A DNA stretch of 64,000 nt from an uncultured Chloroflexia bacterium (GTDB taxonomy: Bacteria; Chloroflexota; Limnocylindria; Limnocylindrales; CSP1-4): positions 1 to 64,000 of the forward strand of contig OY970218.1 of assembly GCA_963713975.1 (NCBI GenBank). Direction: 5' to 3'. Both the position numbers and the translations under genes were made by a program. This document shows, in pieces, positions 1 through 9,781 of the stretch (position 1 is its first letter; each line of letters starts with the position of its first letter). The notes under the pieces are model-generated. The model saw only the letters and a program-made list of their open reading frames with translations. It searched no databases and was not told the DNA's origin.

Positions 1-431
1 CGCACGCTCTGGCCCTTGGTGAATGCGACCCGGAACTTGGGCGTCTCCACGCCCATGTGCCGGAGGATCTGCTTGACCTCGGTCTCGTCGAGCGGGATCG
101 GCTCGCTGCGCATCCCAGGGATGTTGCCGCTGCCGACGAAGCTCGTGACGCCGGGGGTATTGCGGACGACGAACCAGGACTCGGGGTCCAGGATCATCTC
201 CACCAGCACGTAGCCCGGGTACACCTTCTTCTGGACGGTGTGCCGCTGGCCCTGCCGGATCTCGATCTCGTCCTCCATCGGCACCAGGACCTGGAAGATC
301 TTGTCCTCCATGCCCATGGATTCGATGCGGTGCTCGAGGTTGGCCTTGACCTTGTTCTCGTAGCCGGAATAGGTGTGGATCACGTACCAGCGCTTCTCGG
401 GCGCCCGGATGACCGTCGGCTGCTCCGTCAT
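1..431 (-). CDS. nusG: Transcription termination/antitermination factor NusG (3' end runs off window)
   Basis: Translated by hand: MTEQPTVIRAPEKRWYVIHTYSGYENKVKANLEHRIESMGMEDKIFQV...KKVYPGYVLVEM. The ATG overlaps the secE TGA. Confidence 0.95.
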   Translation of the reverse strand, partial: MTEQPTVIRAPEKRWYVIHTYSGYENKVKANLEHRIESMGMEDKIFQVLVPMEDEIEIRQGQRHTVQKKVYPGYVLVEMILDPESWFVVRNTPGVTSFVGSGNIPGMRSEPIPLDETEVKQILRHMGVETPKFRVAFTKGQSV

Positions 432-616
432 CCCAGGTCCGCCACGAACCGGATGATGTAGTCGAAGAAGGTGTCGGCGATCGTGATGTACAGGCCAACC
501 ACGAACGACACCACGAAGACCAGCACCGTCAGGTTGCGCACCTGGTGGCGGTTGGGCCACGAGACCTTCTTGAGCTCGGAATACAATTCCTTGAGGAACT
601 GGCGAAAACGCTTCAC
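428..616 (-). CDS. secE: Preprotein translocase subunit SecE
   Basis: ELKKVSWP motif plus one TM helix; lies between tRNA-Trp and nusG. Confidence 0.95.
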   Translation of the reverse strand: MKRFRQFLKELYSELKKVSWPNRHQVRNLTVLVFVVSFVVGLYITIADTFFDYIIRFVADLG

Positions 617-643
617 GGGTGCCTTTTCAGCGGTTGGTGGAGG

Positions 644-719
644 TGGCAGGGGCGATAGGACTCGAACCTACAACAACCGGTTTTGGAGACCGGTGCTCTG
701 CCAATTGAGCTACGCCCCT
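644..719 (-). tRNA. tRNA-Trp(CCA)
   Basis: AGGGGCGTAGCTCAATTGGCAGAGCACCGGTCT-CCA-AAACCGG...GTTCGAGTCC...CCTGCCA cloverleaf. Confidence 0.97.
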
Positions 720-735
720 GCGGTCCCGGGCCGGG

Positions 736-900
736 CTACTTCGCCTCCCGGTGCAGCGTGTGGCGCCGCTCCCGGGGGCAGTACTTGAGCAGCTCGATCC
801 GGTTGGGATCGTTCTTCTTGTTCTTGCGTGTCGTGTAGTTGCGCATCTTGCACTCGGTGCACGCGAGCTGGATCACCGGACGCGCTTCAACCCTTGCCAT
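736..900 (-). CDS. rpmG: 50S ribosomal protein L33 (54 aa, not in ORF track)
   Basis: [54 protein letters not shown]. Confidence 0.95.
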   Translation of the reverse strand: MARVEARPVIQLACTECKMRNYTTRKNKKNDPNRIELLKYCPRERRHTLHREAK

Positions 901-909
901 ATCGTCTCG

Positions 910-2109
<1,200 letters not shown>

Positions 2110-2175
2110 AGGACCTTCTCACTCCATGGCTTGGGCGGTCGATGCCGCCAGGGACGGACCGGGATCGGCGAGGGA

Positions 2176-2251
2176 TGGAGCCCAGAACGGGATTCGAACC
2201 CGTGACCTCATCCTTACCAAGGATGTGCTCTGCCAGCTGAGCTATCTGGGC
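2176..2251 (-). tRNA. tRNA-Thr(GGT)
   Basis: GCCCAGATAGCTCAGCTGGCAGAGCACATCCTT-GGT-AAGGATG...GGGCTCCA. Confidence 0.97.
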
Positions 2252-2304
2252 CCGCGAGGACGAGCCCCGTGAGGCACGTCCGGTTGGACCATGTTGCTGC
2301 CTGA

Positions 2305-2380
2305 TGGAGCCGACGACGGGACTCGAACCCGGAACCTGCGGTTTACAAAACCGCTGCTCTACCAATTGAGCTACGTCGGC
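2305..2380 (-). tRNA. tRNA-Thr(TGT)
   Basis: GCCGACGTAGCTCAATTGGTAGAGCAGCGGTTT-TGT-AAACCGC...GGCTCCA. Confidence 0.97.
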
Positions 2381-2424
2381 ACGCGCGCATAGTCAAACAA
2401 GAGTTCGACCTCGCGAGCCGGGGA

Positions 2425-2453
2425 ATGATACGGCGGGCGTGGCGGGGCGTCAA
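2425..2453 (-). promoter_or_regulatory. Sigma70-type promoter for the tRNA-Thr/tuf operon
   Basis: TTGACG-17 nt-TATCAT; the -35 box overlaps the rlmB stop codon. Confidence 0.75.
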
Positions 2454-4558
2454 ACCTCGGAGGCGTCGTCCGCGGGCTCCGGCACGTCCTCCGGCGACCC
2501 ATTCCCGGGTGCGACGACCGGACCGCCCGGCAGCAGATCGTCGTCCCCGGGGGTCGCCGGGGCGCCGTCGTCCTCGGCCTCCCCGGTGTCGTGCGGTCCT
2601 TGCGCCGATCCCTCGCCGGTCACCGGGTCGCTGGCAACGGCGTCGCGGGATTCGTGCGTGGCCCGGCCCGGCCCGTTCCCAGGTGCATCTTCGGCCCCCG
2701 GCACCTGCGGCTCCTCCCCCGCCCCGTCGGCCATGTCCCCCTCCGGCGCCTCGGGCCCGGCAGCAGGCCGGTGGGCCGTCTCTGCCAGGCGCCGCTGCGC
2801 GGCGGCCTCGTATAGCAGGATCGACCCGGCCACGGCAGCGTTCAACGACTCAACCCGGCCGTGCATCGGGATTCGGACCAGCAGGTCACAGCGGCGGCGG
2901 ACCGCCGGCCCCAGGCCACGTCCCTCGCTGCCGACCACGATCGCGATGGGCCCGCGGAGATCGGCGTCACGCGCGGTGAGCGGCGCGTCGCCGTCGGCAC
3001 CGACAATCCGCAGGCCACGGGCATGAAGATCTGCCAGGGCGCCGGCAAGGTCGTCCACGGGGGCCAGGCGAAGGTGCTCCACCGCACCCGCGGAGGCCTT
3101 CACGGCCGCGGGCGTGAGGGGAGCCTGGCGGCTCGTGGGAAAGACCACGCCGTGGACGCCGCTCGCCTCGGCGCTGCGCAGGAGCGTCCCCACGTTCTGG
3201 GGGTCCTCGAGGGAGTCCATGACCAGGACCAGCGGCGGCTCGGTTCGCTGGGCCGCCAAGGCCAGCACCTCGTCCGGCGACGCCCAGCGCCGTGGTGCCA
3301 CCACGAGCGCGATCCCCTGGTGGCCGTCGAAGCCCGCGATCGCCGTCAGGGTGCCGCCTTCGACCTCGACCACCGGGATCCGCAGGCTGGTGGCATGGAG
3401 CACCAGCTTCTCGAGCGCCAGCCGGCGCTGGGGCACGACCATCAGTCGCTTCGCTTCGCGGCGGGCGACGAACGCCTCCTCGACGGGCCGCCGGCCCGCC
3501 ACCAGCTCCTCGCCCTCGACGAGCGCGAGCGACGGATCCTGGATCCCGGGCGGGCGCACAGGGAACCGCGCTCCACGATCCGGACCACGTCCGGGTCCCC
3601 GGAACGGGCGGCGATCAGGACCGCCGGGCCGATGGTCGTAGCCCGGAGCCGGCCGACGGACGACCGGTGGTTGCACGATGGGGTCGATCGCATCCAGGAC
3701 GTCCGCCGGCCCGGGGGCAGGAGCCGGGAGCGGCGGTGGCATCACGGGCGGTCGCTGGTCGTACGGCGGTCGCTGGTCGTACGGCGGCGGACCGTCCCGC
3801 CGGGGGCCTTGCGGCGGTCGCTGGTCGTACGGCGGTCGCTGGTCGTACGGCGGCGGACCGTCCCGCCGGGGGCCTTGCGGCGGTCGCTGGTCGTACGGCG
3901 GTCGCTGGTCGTACGGCGGTCGCTGGCCATAGGCCGGCGGACCGTCCCGCCGGGGGCCTTGCGGCGGTCGCTGGTCGTACGGCGGTCGCTGGTCGTACGG
4001 CGGCGGACCGTCCCGCCGGGGGCCTTGCGGCGGTCGCTGGCCGTAGGGCGGTCGCTGGCCGTAGGGCGGTCGCTGGCCATAGGCCGGCAGACCGTCCCGC
4101 CGGGGGCCCTGCGGCTGTCGCTGGCCGTAGGGCGGTCGCTGGCCATAGGCCGGCAGACCGTCCCGCCGGGGGCCCTGCGGTCGGGTCCCATACGGGCGCG
4201 GCCCCTGCTCGTACGGAGGCCGGTAGGGGTCGCCGCTCGCAGGCCCCCGATCGGGTCCGGATGGCCGGTCGTCGTAGCCGCGGTGCTGCGGACGGCCGCC
4301 TGTGCTCCGTCCCTGGTGGTCCGTCGGGCGGCCTGCAGGGCCGCGGCCGCCCTCCTGTCCAGAGCCCTCACCCTCCCACGGGCGGGCCGGCCGAGCATCG
4401 GGCCCACCGTCGCGGAAGCCGAACCCGGGCCGGTGATCCGGCCGGCTCCGCTGATTGCCAGGCCCTCGGGCCTGGCCGCCCGAGGCGCCATGCCCGCCTT
4501 TTCGGCTCGGTGGCCGTCGCGCGTCGCGGGGATCGCGGGGATCGCGGGGATCAGCCAC
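2450..4558 (-). CDS. rlmB: 23S rRNA Gm2251 methyltransferase RlmB (SpoU family) with long repetitive N-terminal and acidic C-terminal extensions
   Basis: HQGI, DPQNVGTLLRSA, VGSEGRG and IPMHGRVESLNAAVA SPOUT motifs. Likely GTG start at 4558 overlapping the cysS end; the start position is uncertain. Confidence 0.88.
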   Translation of the reverse strand: MADPRDPRDPRDARRPPSRKGGHGASGGQARGPGNQRSRPDHRPGFGFRDGGPDARPARPWEGEGSGQEGGRGPAGRPTDHQGRSTGGRPQHRGYDDRPSGPDRGPASGDPYRPPYEQGPRPYGTRPQGPRRDGLPAYGQRPPYGQRQPQGPRRDGLPAYGQRPPYGQRPPYGQRPPQGPRRDGPPPYDQRPPYDQRPPQGPRRDGPPAYGQRPPYDQRPPYDQRPPQGPRRDGPPPYDQRPPYDQRPPQGPRRDGPPPYDQRPPYDQRPPVMPPPLPAPAPGPADVLDAIDPIVQPPVVRRPAPGYDHRPGGPDRRPFRGPGRGPDRGARFPVRPPGIQDPSLALVEGEELVAGRRPVEEAFVARREAKRLMVVPQRRLALEKLVLHATSLRIPVVEVEGGTLTAIAGFDGHQGIALVVAPRRWASPDEVLALAAQRTEPPLVLVMDSLEDPQNVGTLLRSAEASGVHGVVFPTSRQAPLTPAAVKASAGAVEHLRLAPVDDLAGALADLHARGLRIVGADGDAPLTARDADLRGPIAIVVGSEGRGLGPAVRRRCDLLVRIPMHGRVESLNAAVAGSILLYEAAAQRRLAETAHRPAAGPEAPEGDMADGAGEEPQVPGAEDAPGNGPGRATHESRDAVASDPVTGEGSAQGPHDTGEAEDDGAPATPGDDDLLPGGPVVAPGNGSPEDVPEPADDASEV
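3747..4200 (-). repeat. Coding tandem repeat of 18-bp (PPYDQR/PYGQR) and 30-bp (PPQGPRRDGP) modules, in higher-order units of about 66 bp
   Basis: ggcggtcgctggtcgtac and ggcggcggaccgtcccgccgggggccttgc recur many times, and all unit lengths are multiples of 3. Confidence 0.92.
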
Positions 4559-5960
4559 CGGTTGCGACCACCTGGCGCCAGCGCTGTCCGTCCCTGGTGT
4601 CCTCGACGGCGATCCCCAGCCGGAGCAGCTCGTCCCGGAGACGGTCCGACTCGGCCCAGTCGCGCGCCGCCCGCGCCGTGACCCGCTGGTCCAGCAGGCC
4701 GGCGCTCGTCGGGTCGAGCGCCCCGTCCGTCCGGGCCGCGACACCGAGCACGGCGTCCAGGTCGCGGACCAGGCCGGTCGCCCGCGCAGCGTCGGCGGTG
4801 GACAGCCGGCGTGCGTCGAGGCGGCGGTTGAGATCCCGGACGCCGTCGAACAGCGCCGCCAGCGCCGCCGACACGTTGAGGTCGTCGTCCATGCCGGCCT
4901 CGAAACCAGCACGGATCCGGTCGAGCGCATCGGGCAGGCCCTGATCGTCGGCGCGGTCCTCGCGATAGGCGGCGAGGGCGGCCAGCAGGGCATCGATCCG
5001 TTCCACGGCGGCGCCCGCCGCCGTGAGGGACTCGTCGGCGTAGTTGAGCGGCGCCCGGTAGTGGACCGCGAGCAGGGCGTAGCGCAGGGCCCGCGGTGAG
5101 ACGCCGCTCGCGATGAGGTCGGCCACCCGCTCGATGTTCCCGGTGGACTTGGCCATCTTCTCGCCGGCCATGCGCAGGTGCGCGCAGTGCAGCCAGGTGC
5201 GCACGAAGGGCTGTCCCGTCGCCGCCTCGGACTGGGCGATCTCGTCCTCGTGGTGCGGGAAGACAAGGTCCACGCCACCGGTGTGGATGTCGAACGTCGG
5301 CCCGAGGTGGGCCATGCTCATGGCGGAGCACTCGATGTGCCAGCCCGGGCGTCCCGGGCCGATGACCGTGTCCCAGGACGGCTCATCCGGCTTGGGCCCC
5401 TTCCACAGGGCGAAGTCGCGGACGTCGTCCTTGTCGTACTCATCCGCCACGACCCGCTCCCCCACCCGCATCGACGCCGGGTCGAGGCGGGCCAGCCGGC
5501 CATAGGCAGGCCACGATGCGATGCGGAAGAAGACGGAGCCATCGTCCGTGCGGTAGGCGTGGCCCTTGTCGAGGAGCGTGAGGATCAGGTCCGCGATCTG
5601 CGGGACGTGGCCGGTGGCTCGCGGCAGCGCGTCGGGACGCGTCATGCCCAGCGAGTCGACGTCCTCCAGGAACTTCGCGGCGTATCGATCGGACAGCTCC
5701 TGGTGCGAGACGCCCTCGGCCCTGGCGCCGCGGATGATCTTGTCGTCGATGTCCGTGAGGTTCATGACCCACGTCACCCTCAGCCCCCGGTAGCGGAGGT
5801 ACCGGACGAGCAGGTCCGCGAACAGGAACGAGCGGAAGTTGCCAATGTGGGCAGGGCCGTAGACCGTGGGCCCGCAACTGTAGATCCGGACGTGCCCCGG
5901 CTCCAGTGGCTCGAGCGGCCTAACCTCGCCGGTGAGCGTGTCCTGCAGACGAACCGTCAT
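4551..5960 (-). CDS. cysS: Cysteine--tRNA ligase
   Basis: CGPTVY, HIGN, GRPGWHIECSAM and KMAKS motifs. Confidence 0.97.
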   Translation of the reverse strand: MTVRLQDTLTGEVRPLEPLEPGHVRIYSCGPTVYGPAHIGNFRSFLFADLLVRYLRYRGLRVTWVMNLTDIDDKIIRGARAEGVSHQELSDRYAAKFLEDVDSLGMTRPDALPRATGHVPQIADLILTLLDKGHAYRTDDGSVFFRIASWPAYGRLARLDPASMRVGERVVADEYDKDDVRDFALWKGPKPDEPSWDTVIGPGRPGWHIECSAMSMAHLGPTFDIHTGGVDLVFPHHEDEIAQSEAATGQPFVRTWLHCAHLRMAGEKMAKSTGNIERVADLIASGVSPRALRYALLAVHYRAPLNYADESLTAAGAAVERIDALLAALAAYREDRADDQGLPDALDRIRAGFEAGMDDDLNVSAALAALFDGVRDLNRRLDARRLSTADAARATGLVRDLDAVLGVAARTDGALDPTSAGLLDQRVTARAARDWAESDRLRDELLRLGIAVEDTRDGQRWRQVVATGG

Positions 5961-7147
5961 GACGCCGGCCGCAGGACGACCACCGCACGCGCGGACATCG
6001 AACGGCCCGCCCCGTCGTCACCGCCGAGGTTGCCGGTGGACGCCTTGACGTTGACCGCCCCGGCATCGAGGCCCAGGGCGGCCGCGATCGCATCGCGCAT
6101 CGCATCGAGGCGGGATCCGAGCTTCGGCCGGGCGCCGATGATCACGAGGTCCACCGTCGCCGGCGCCAGCCCGCGGCGATCCAGGCGGACGACCACCTCG
6201 CGCAGCAGGGCCTCGCTCGCGATGCCACGTGGCGTGCTGGAATCGGCGGGAAACAGGCGGCCGAGGTCGCCCAGGCCTGCGGCACCCAGCAGCGCATCGG
6301 CAACGGCGTGGAGCGCGACGTCCCCGTCCGAATGGCCGGCGAGACGCGGTGCGCCATCGATCTCGATGCCGCCGAGGCGCAGGCCCGTGCCTGGGCCGAA
6401 GAAGTGGCTGTCATGACCGAACCCTACGCGGACGTTGTCGGCCGCGAGCACCTGTCCGACCCGGTGCAGGTCGTCGGGCAGGGTCACCTTGAGGTTCGAG
6501 GCTTCGCCGGGGATCGCATGAACGGGGATTTTACAGGCCTCGAGCAGGGCGGCCTCATCGGTGAACTCCTGCGTGCCTTCCGGCGGGAAGACCGCCCACG
6601 CATCCAGGAGCATGCCTCGTCGGGCTCCCTGGGGCGTCTGGGCCGCGGCCAGGTTCGATCGATCGACGGTCTCCAGGACGAGGCCGTCCCCCAGCCGCTT
6701 GATCGTCTCGGCGAGCGGAAGCACCGGCAGCGCGGCGCCGTGGCGCTCCACGGCCTCGAGGACGGCCGTCACGAGCCCCGGGGACACCAGGGGCCGGGCA
6801 CCGTCGTGGACGAGCACGGGACGGTCGCGACCGGGCGGGTCCGCAGCATCAAGCCAGCGCACGCCGGCGGCCACCGACTGCTGGCGCGTGCTCCCACCGG
6901 CCACCACCGCCGTGACGCTGGCCGGGAGCCACGGGGCCGCGCGCAGGGCCTCGACGCGCTCCGGGGCCGTGACGACGACGAGCCGCTCCACGCTGGGCGC
7001 CGCCGCGATCGCATCGATGGACCAGGCGAGCAGCGGTCGTCCGCCGACCAGTACGCCGAGCTTGTCAACGCCGCTCATGCGTCGCGACGAGCCCGCGGCA
7101 ACCACCACCGCGTCTGCCCGCGGTCGCCCGTGGATCCCGGAGGCCAC
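5957..7147 (-). CDS. ispDF: Bifunctional IspD/IspF (MEP cytidylyltransferase + MEcPP synthase)
   Basis: AAGSSRRM..DK, VHDGARP, QTPQ, KVTLPDDL, followed by GFGHDSH and HSDGDV..HA..DALLGA. Confidence 0.93.
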   Translation of the reverse strand: MASGIHGRPRADAVVVAAGSSRRMSGVDKLGVLVGGRPLLAWSIDAIAAAPSVERLVVVTAPERVEALRAAPWLPASVTAVVAGGSTRQQSVAAGVRWLDAADPPGRDRPVLVHDGARPLVSPGLVTAVLEAVERHGAALPVLPLAETIKRLGDGLVLETVDRSNLAAAQTPQGARRGMLLDAWAVFPPEGTQEFTDEAALLEACKIPVHAIPGEASNLKVTLPDDLHRVGQVLAADNVRVGFGHDSHFFGPGTGLRLGGIEIDGAPRLAGHSDGDVALHAVADALLGAAGLGDLGRLFPADSSTPRGIASEALLREVVVRLDRRGLAPATVDLVIIGARPKLGSRLDAMRDAIAAALGLDAGAVNVKASTGNLGGDDGAGRSMSARAVVVLRPAS

Positions 7148-7148
7148 C

Positions 7149-8204
7149 TCAGTCCTGGCGGGGCTGGGCGAAGATCATCCGGCCGGCGACCGTCTGGAGA
7201 ACACGCGTGACGCTAACGTCCACGTCCCGGTCGATGAGCCGGGCGCCTCCCTCGACGACGATCATCGTGCCGTCGTCCAGGAAGCCGACGCCCTGACCAG
7301 CCTCCTTGCCCTCCTGGATGACCTTGACGCGCAACTCCTCGCCCGGCAGGACCGCCGGCTTCACGGCGTTGGCCAGCGAGTTGATGTTCATTACCCGCAC
7401 GCCCTGGAGCTCGGCGACGCGGTTGAGGTTGAAGTCGTTGGTCAGGACCACGCGGCTCCGCCGCTTCGCGAGCTCGACCAGCTTCGCATCGACCTCGGCC
7501 ACACCGGTGGCGTCGTCGTCCACGATCTCGATCGGCGTCCGCGGGTCGCGCTGCATGCGGGCAAGGATCTCCAGCCCGCGGCGTCCCCGGTTCCGCCGCA
7601 GCGTGTCCGACGAGTCCGCGATGTGCTGGAGCTCCTCGAGGACGAAGCGAGGCACGACCAGGGTCCCGTAGATGAACCCTGACTCCACGATCTCGGCGAC
7701 GCGACCGTCGATGAGGACGCTGGTGTCGACGATGATGTGCGGCTCACCTTCCCGCTCGGCGTCTTCGCTGCCCGGCCGGCGGACCAGGCCGGCCCCCTCG
7801 GCCGCCGCGATCAGGTCCGCCCGCTTGGCCACCGTGAGCCCCATCATCCCGAGGCCGAGGAACAGTGAGATGCCGAGCGGCAGCCAGGTTCCGAGCGGCC
7901 CCTCGATCTGGGCCAGCGGCAGGCTGAGCAGCAGGCCCAGGAGGAGCCCCACGAAGAGTCCGAGCACCGCCGCCACGAACTCCGCCGTGGACAGCTCCTG
8001 GACCTGGCGGATGAGCCAGCCCGCCGGAACGACGGTCAGGTACGGGAGTACGGCAAACCCGACGATCATCCACGCGATCGTCCACGCGGCGATGATGAAC
8101 CCGGCGTACTCGACGCCGGTGAGCATGCCCGTTCCCGCGGCGGCGATCCCGAGCCCTACGAGGGCGCCGAGCGCCGCCCCAAGGACGCGGATGGTCCGAA
8201 TCAC
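7149..8204 (-). CDS. Membrane PIN/TRAM domain protein (YacL-like)
   Basis: N-terminal TM helices; DTSVLIDGR, TNDFNLNRVA, GVGFLDDGTMIVVE and QTVAGRMIFA. Confidence 0.92.
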   Translation of the reverse strand: MIRTIRVLGAALGALVGLGIAAAGTGMLTGVEYAGFIIAAWTIAWMIVGFAVLPYLTVVPAGWLIRQVQELSTAEFVAAVLGLFVGLLLGLLLSLPLAQIEGPLGTWLPLGISLFLGLGMMGLTVAKRADLIAAAEGAGLVRRPGSEDAEREGEPHIIVDTSVLIDGRVAEIVESGFIYGTLVVPRFVLEELQHIADSSDTLRRNRGRRGLEILARMQRDPRTPIEIVDDDATGVAEVDAKLVELAKRRSRVVLTNDFNLNRVAELQGVRVMNINSLANAVKPAVLPGEELRVKVIQEGKEAGQGVGFLDDGTMIVVEGGARLIDRDVDVSVTRVLQTVAGRMIFAQPRQD

Positions 8205-8353
8205 GCTGGTCCTCGATGCTGGCTGTCGCGCCCGCGCGTGGGGCGGGCGCGAGGCCCGCCGAGCCTAGCACCCGCGGCGCGCCCACGCACCGAGCCGTGC
8301 GTCAGCAAGGCAAGGGGTACCAACGGGTCAGCGAACGCGACGCCGGGTCGCGG

Positions 8354-9760
8354 TCAGCCGCGCCGGGCACCGGTGGGGACCGTCCCGATGGCCGCGACAA
8401 CTGCATCCGCGAGCGTGCCGACCTCCACGACGTCGATCGCTGGCGGGCGGGCTGAATCACGAGCGCGTGACCGGGGCACGACAGCCCGCGTGAAGCCGAG
8501 ACGGGCTGCCTCCCCCAGACGGCGATCCACGCCTCCCACCGTGCGCAGCTCCCCGAGCAGGCCGACCTCACCAATCGCCACCGTGCCCGGCACGATGGGC
8601 CGGTCCCGCAGCGAGGAGGCGAGGGCGAGGGCGAGCGGGAGGTCCAGCCCAGGTTCCGAGACCGACAGCCCACCGGCGAGGTTCGCATACACGTCGTGGG
8701 CCCCGAGGCCGATCCCCGCCCGCCGGCCCAGCACGGCGATCAGCAGCGCGAGGCGGTTGGGGTCCACGCCCGACGCCGTCCGGCGGGGGGATGGAGCCCC
8801 GGTCGGCGCCACCAGCGCCTGGACCTCGACCAGCAGCGGGCGCGAGCCCTCCAGCACCGGCGCCACCACACTGCCCGGCGCCGGCGCATCGTGCTCCGCC
8901 AGGAACGCGCGGGCGGGATCCGTCACCTCGACCAGGCCCCGGTCGCGCATCTCGAACACGCCCACCTCCTCGGTGGAGCCGTAGCGGTTCTTGGTCGCGC
9001 GGAGGATACGCAGCCCGCCGGTCCGGTCGCCCTCGATGGCAAGCACGACGTCCACGAGATGCTCCAGCGTCTTGGGCCCGGCCAGTGTCCCGTCCTTGGT
9101 CACGTGGCCCACGAGCACGACGGGGATGCCCTCGCCCTTGGCAACCTCCATCAGCCTGAGGGTTGCCTCCCGCACCTGACCGACCGATCCGGGCGGGCCA
9201 TCGAGCTCTTCGGATGACACGGTCTGGACGGAGTCCACGACCAGGAGGCCCGGCATCCCGGCGCGCGCGAGGTCCGAGATGCGGCCGACGCCCGTCTCCG
9301 CCACGACGCGGATGGCGTCGGACACGGGGCCGCTGGTGAGACCCAGACGGGCGGCGCGCAGTCGCACCTGGCTCGTCGACTCCTCGCCGGTCGCGTACAG
9401 GATCGTCGCGCCATCGCGGGCGACGCCCGCCGCCACCTGGAGCAGGAGCGTGGACTTGCCGATGCCCGGCTCGCCACCCAGCAGGACCACCGATCCGGCG
9501 ACGAGCCCGCCACCCAGGACCCGGTCCAGCTCGCCGATCCCGACCGGCCGGCGGACCTCGGCCGCGGCCTCGCCGGCCTGGCTCAGCGCGACCGGCGCGG
9601 CACCGCTCGACGGCAGTGCCGCGGACCGCGCCCGCGGCTCGTCACGGACGACCGTCTCAACGAGGGTGTTCCAGTCCCCACAGGTGCGGCACTGGCCTTC
9701 CCAGCGGAGGACGGATGCGCCGCACGACTGGCAGACGTAGCGACTCTGGCTGCGGGCCAC
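8354..9760 (-). CDS. radA: DNA repair protein RadA/Sms
   Basis: CxxC...CxxC zinc finger, GEPGIGKST, KNRYG and Lon-like C-terminus. Confidence 0.97.
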   Translation of the reverse strand: MARSQSRYVCQSCGASVLRWEGQCRTCGDWNTLVETVVRDEPRARSAALPSSGAAPVALSQAGEAAAEVRRPVGIGELDRVLGGGLVAGSVVLLGGEPGIGKSTLLLQVAAGVARDGATILYATGEESTSQVRLRAARLGLTSGPVSDAIRVVAETGVGRISDLARAGMPGLLVVDSVQTVSSEELDGPPGSVGQVREATLRLMEVAKGEGIPVVLVGHVTKDGTLAGPKTLEHLVDVVLAIEGDRTGGLRILRATKNRYGSTEEVGVFEMRDRGLVEVTDPARAFLAEHDAPAPGSVVAPVLEGSRPLLVEVQALVAPTGAPSPRRTASGVDPNRLALLIAVLGRRAGIGLGAHDVYANLAGGLSVSEPGLDLPLALALASSLRDRPIVPGTVAIGEVGLLGELRTVGGVDRRLGEAARLGFTRAVVPRSRARDSARPPAIDVVEVGTLADAVVAAIGTVPTGARRG

Positions 9761-9781
9761 GGGCGGCGCTCGGCCCGACGG

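Noticed and set aside
3747-4200. CRISPR-like periodicity
   Set aside because: No unique spacers, unit lengths are multiples of 3 inside an ORF, and there are no cas genes. It is a coding tandem repeat.
4559-5278. Further N-terminal extension of rlmB (942-aa ORF)
   Set aside because: It overlaps cysS in another frame and reads as shadow sequence.
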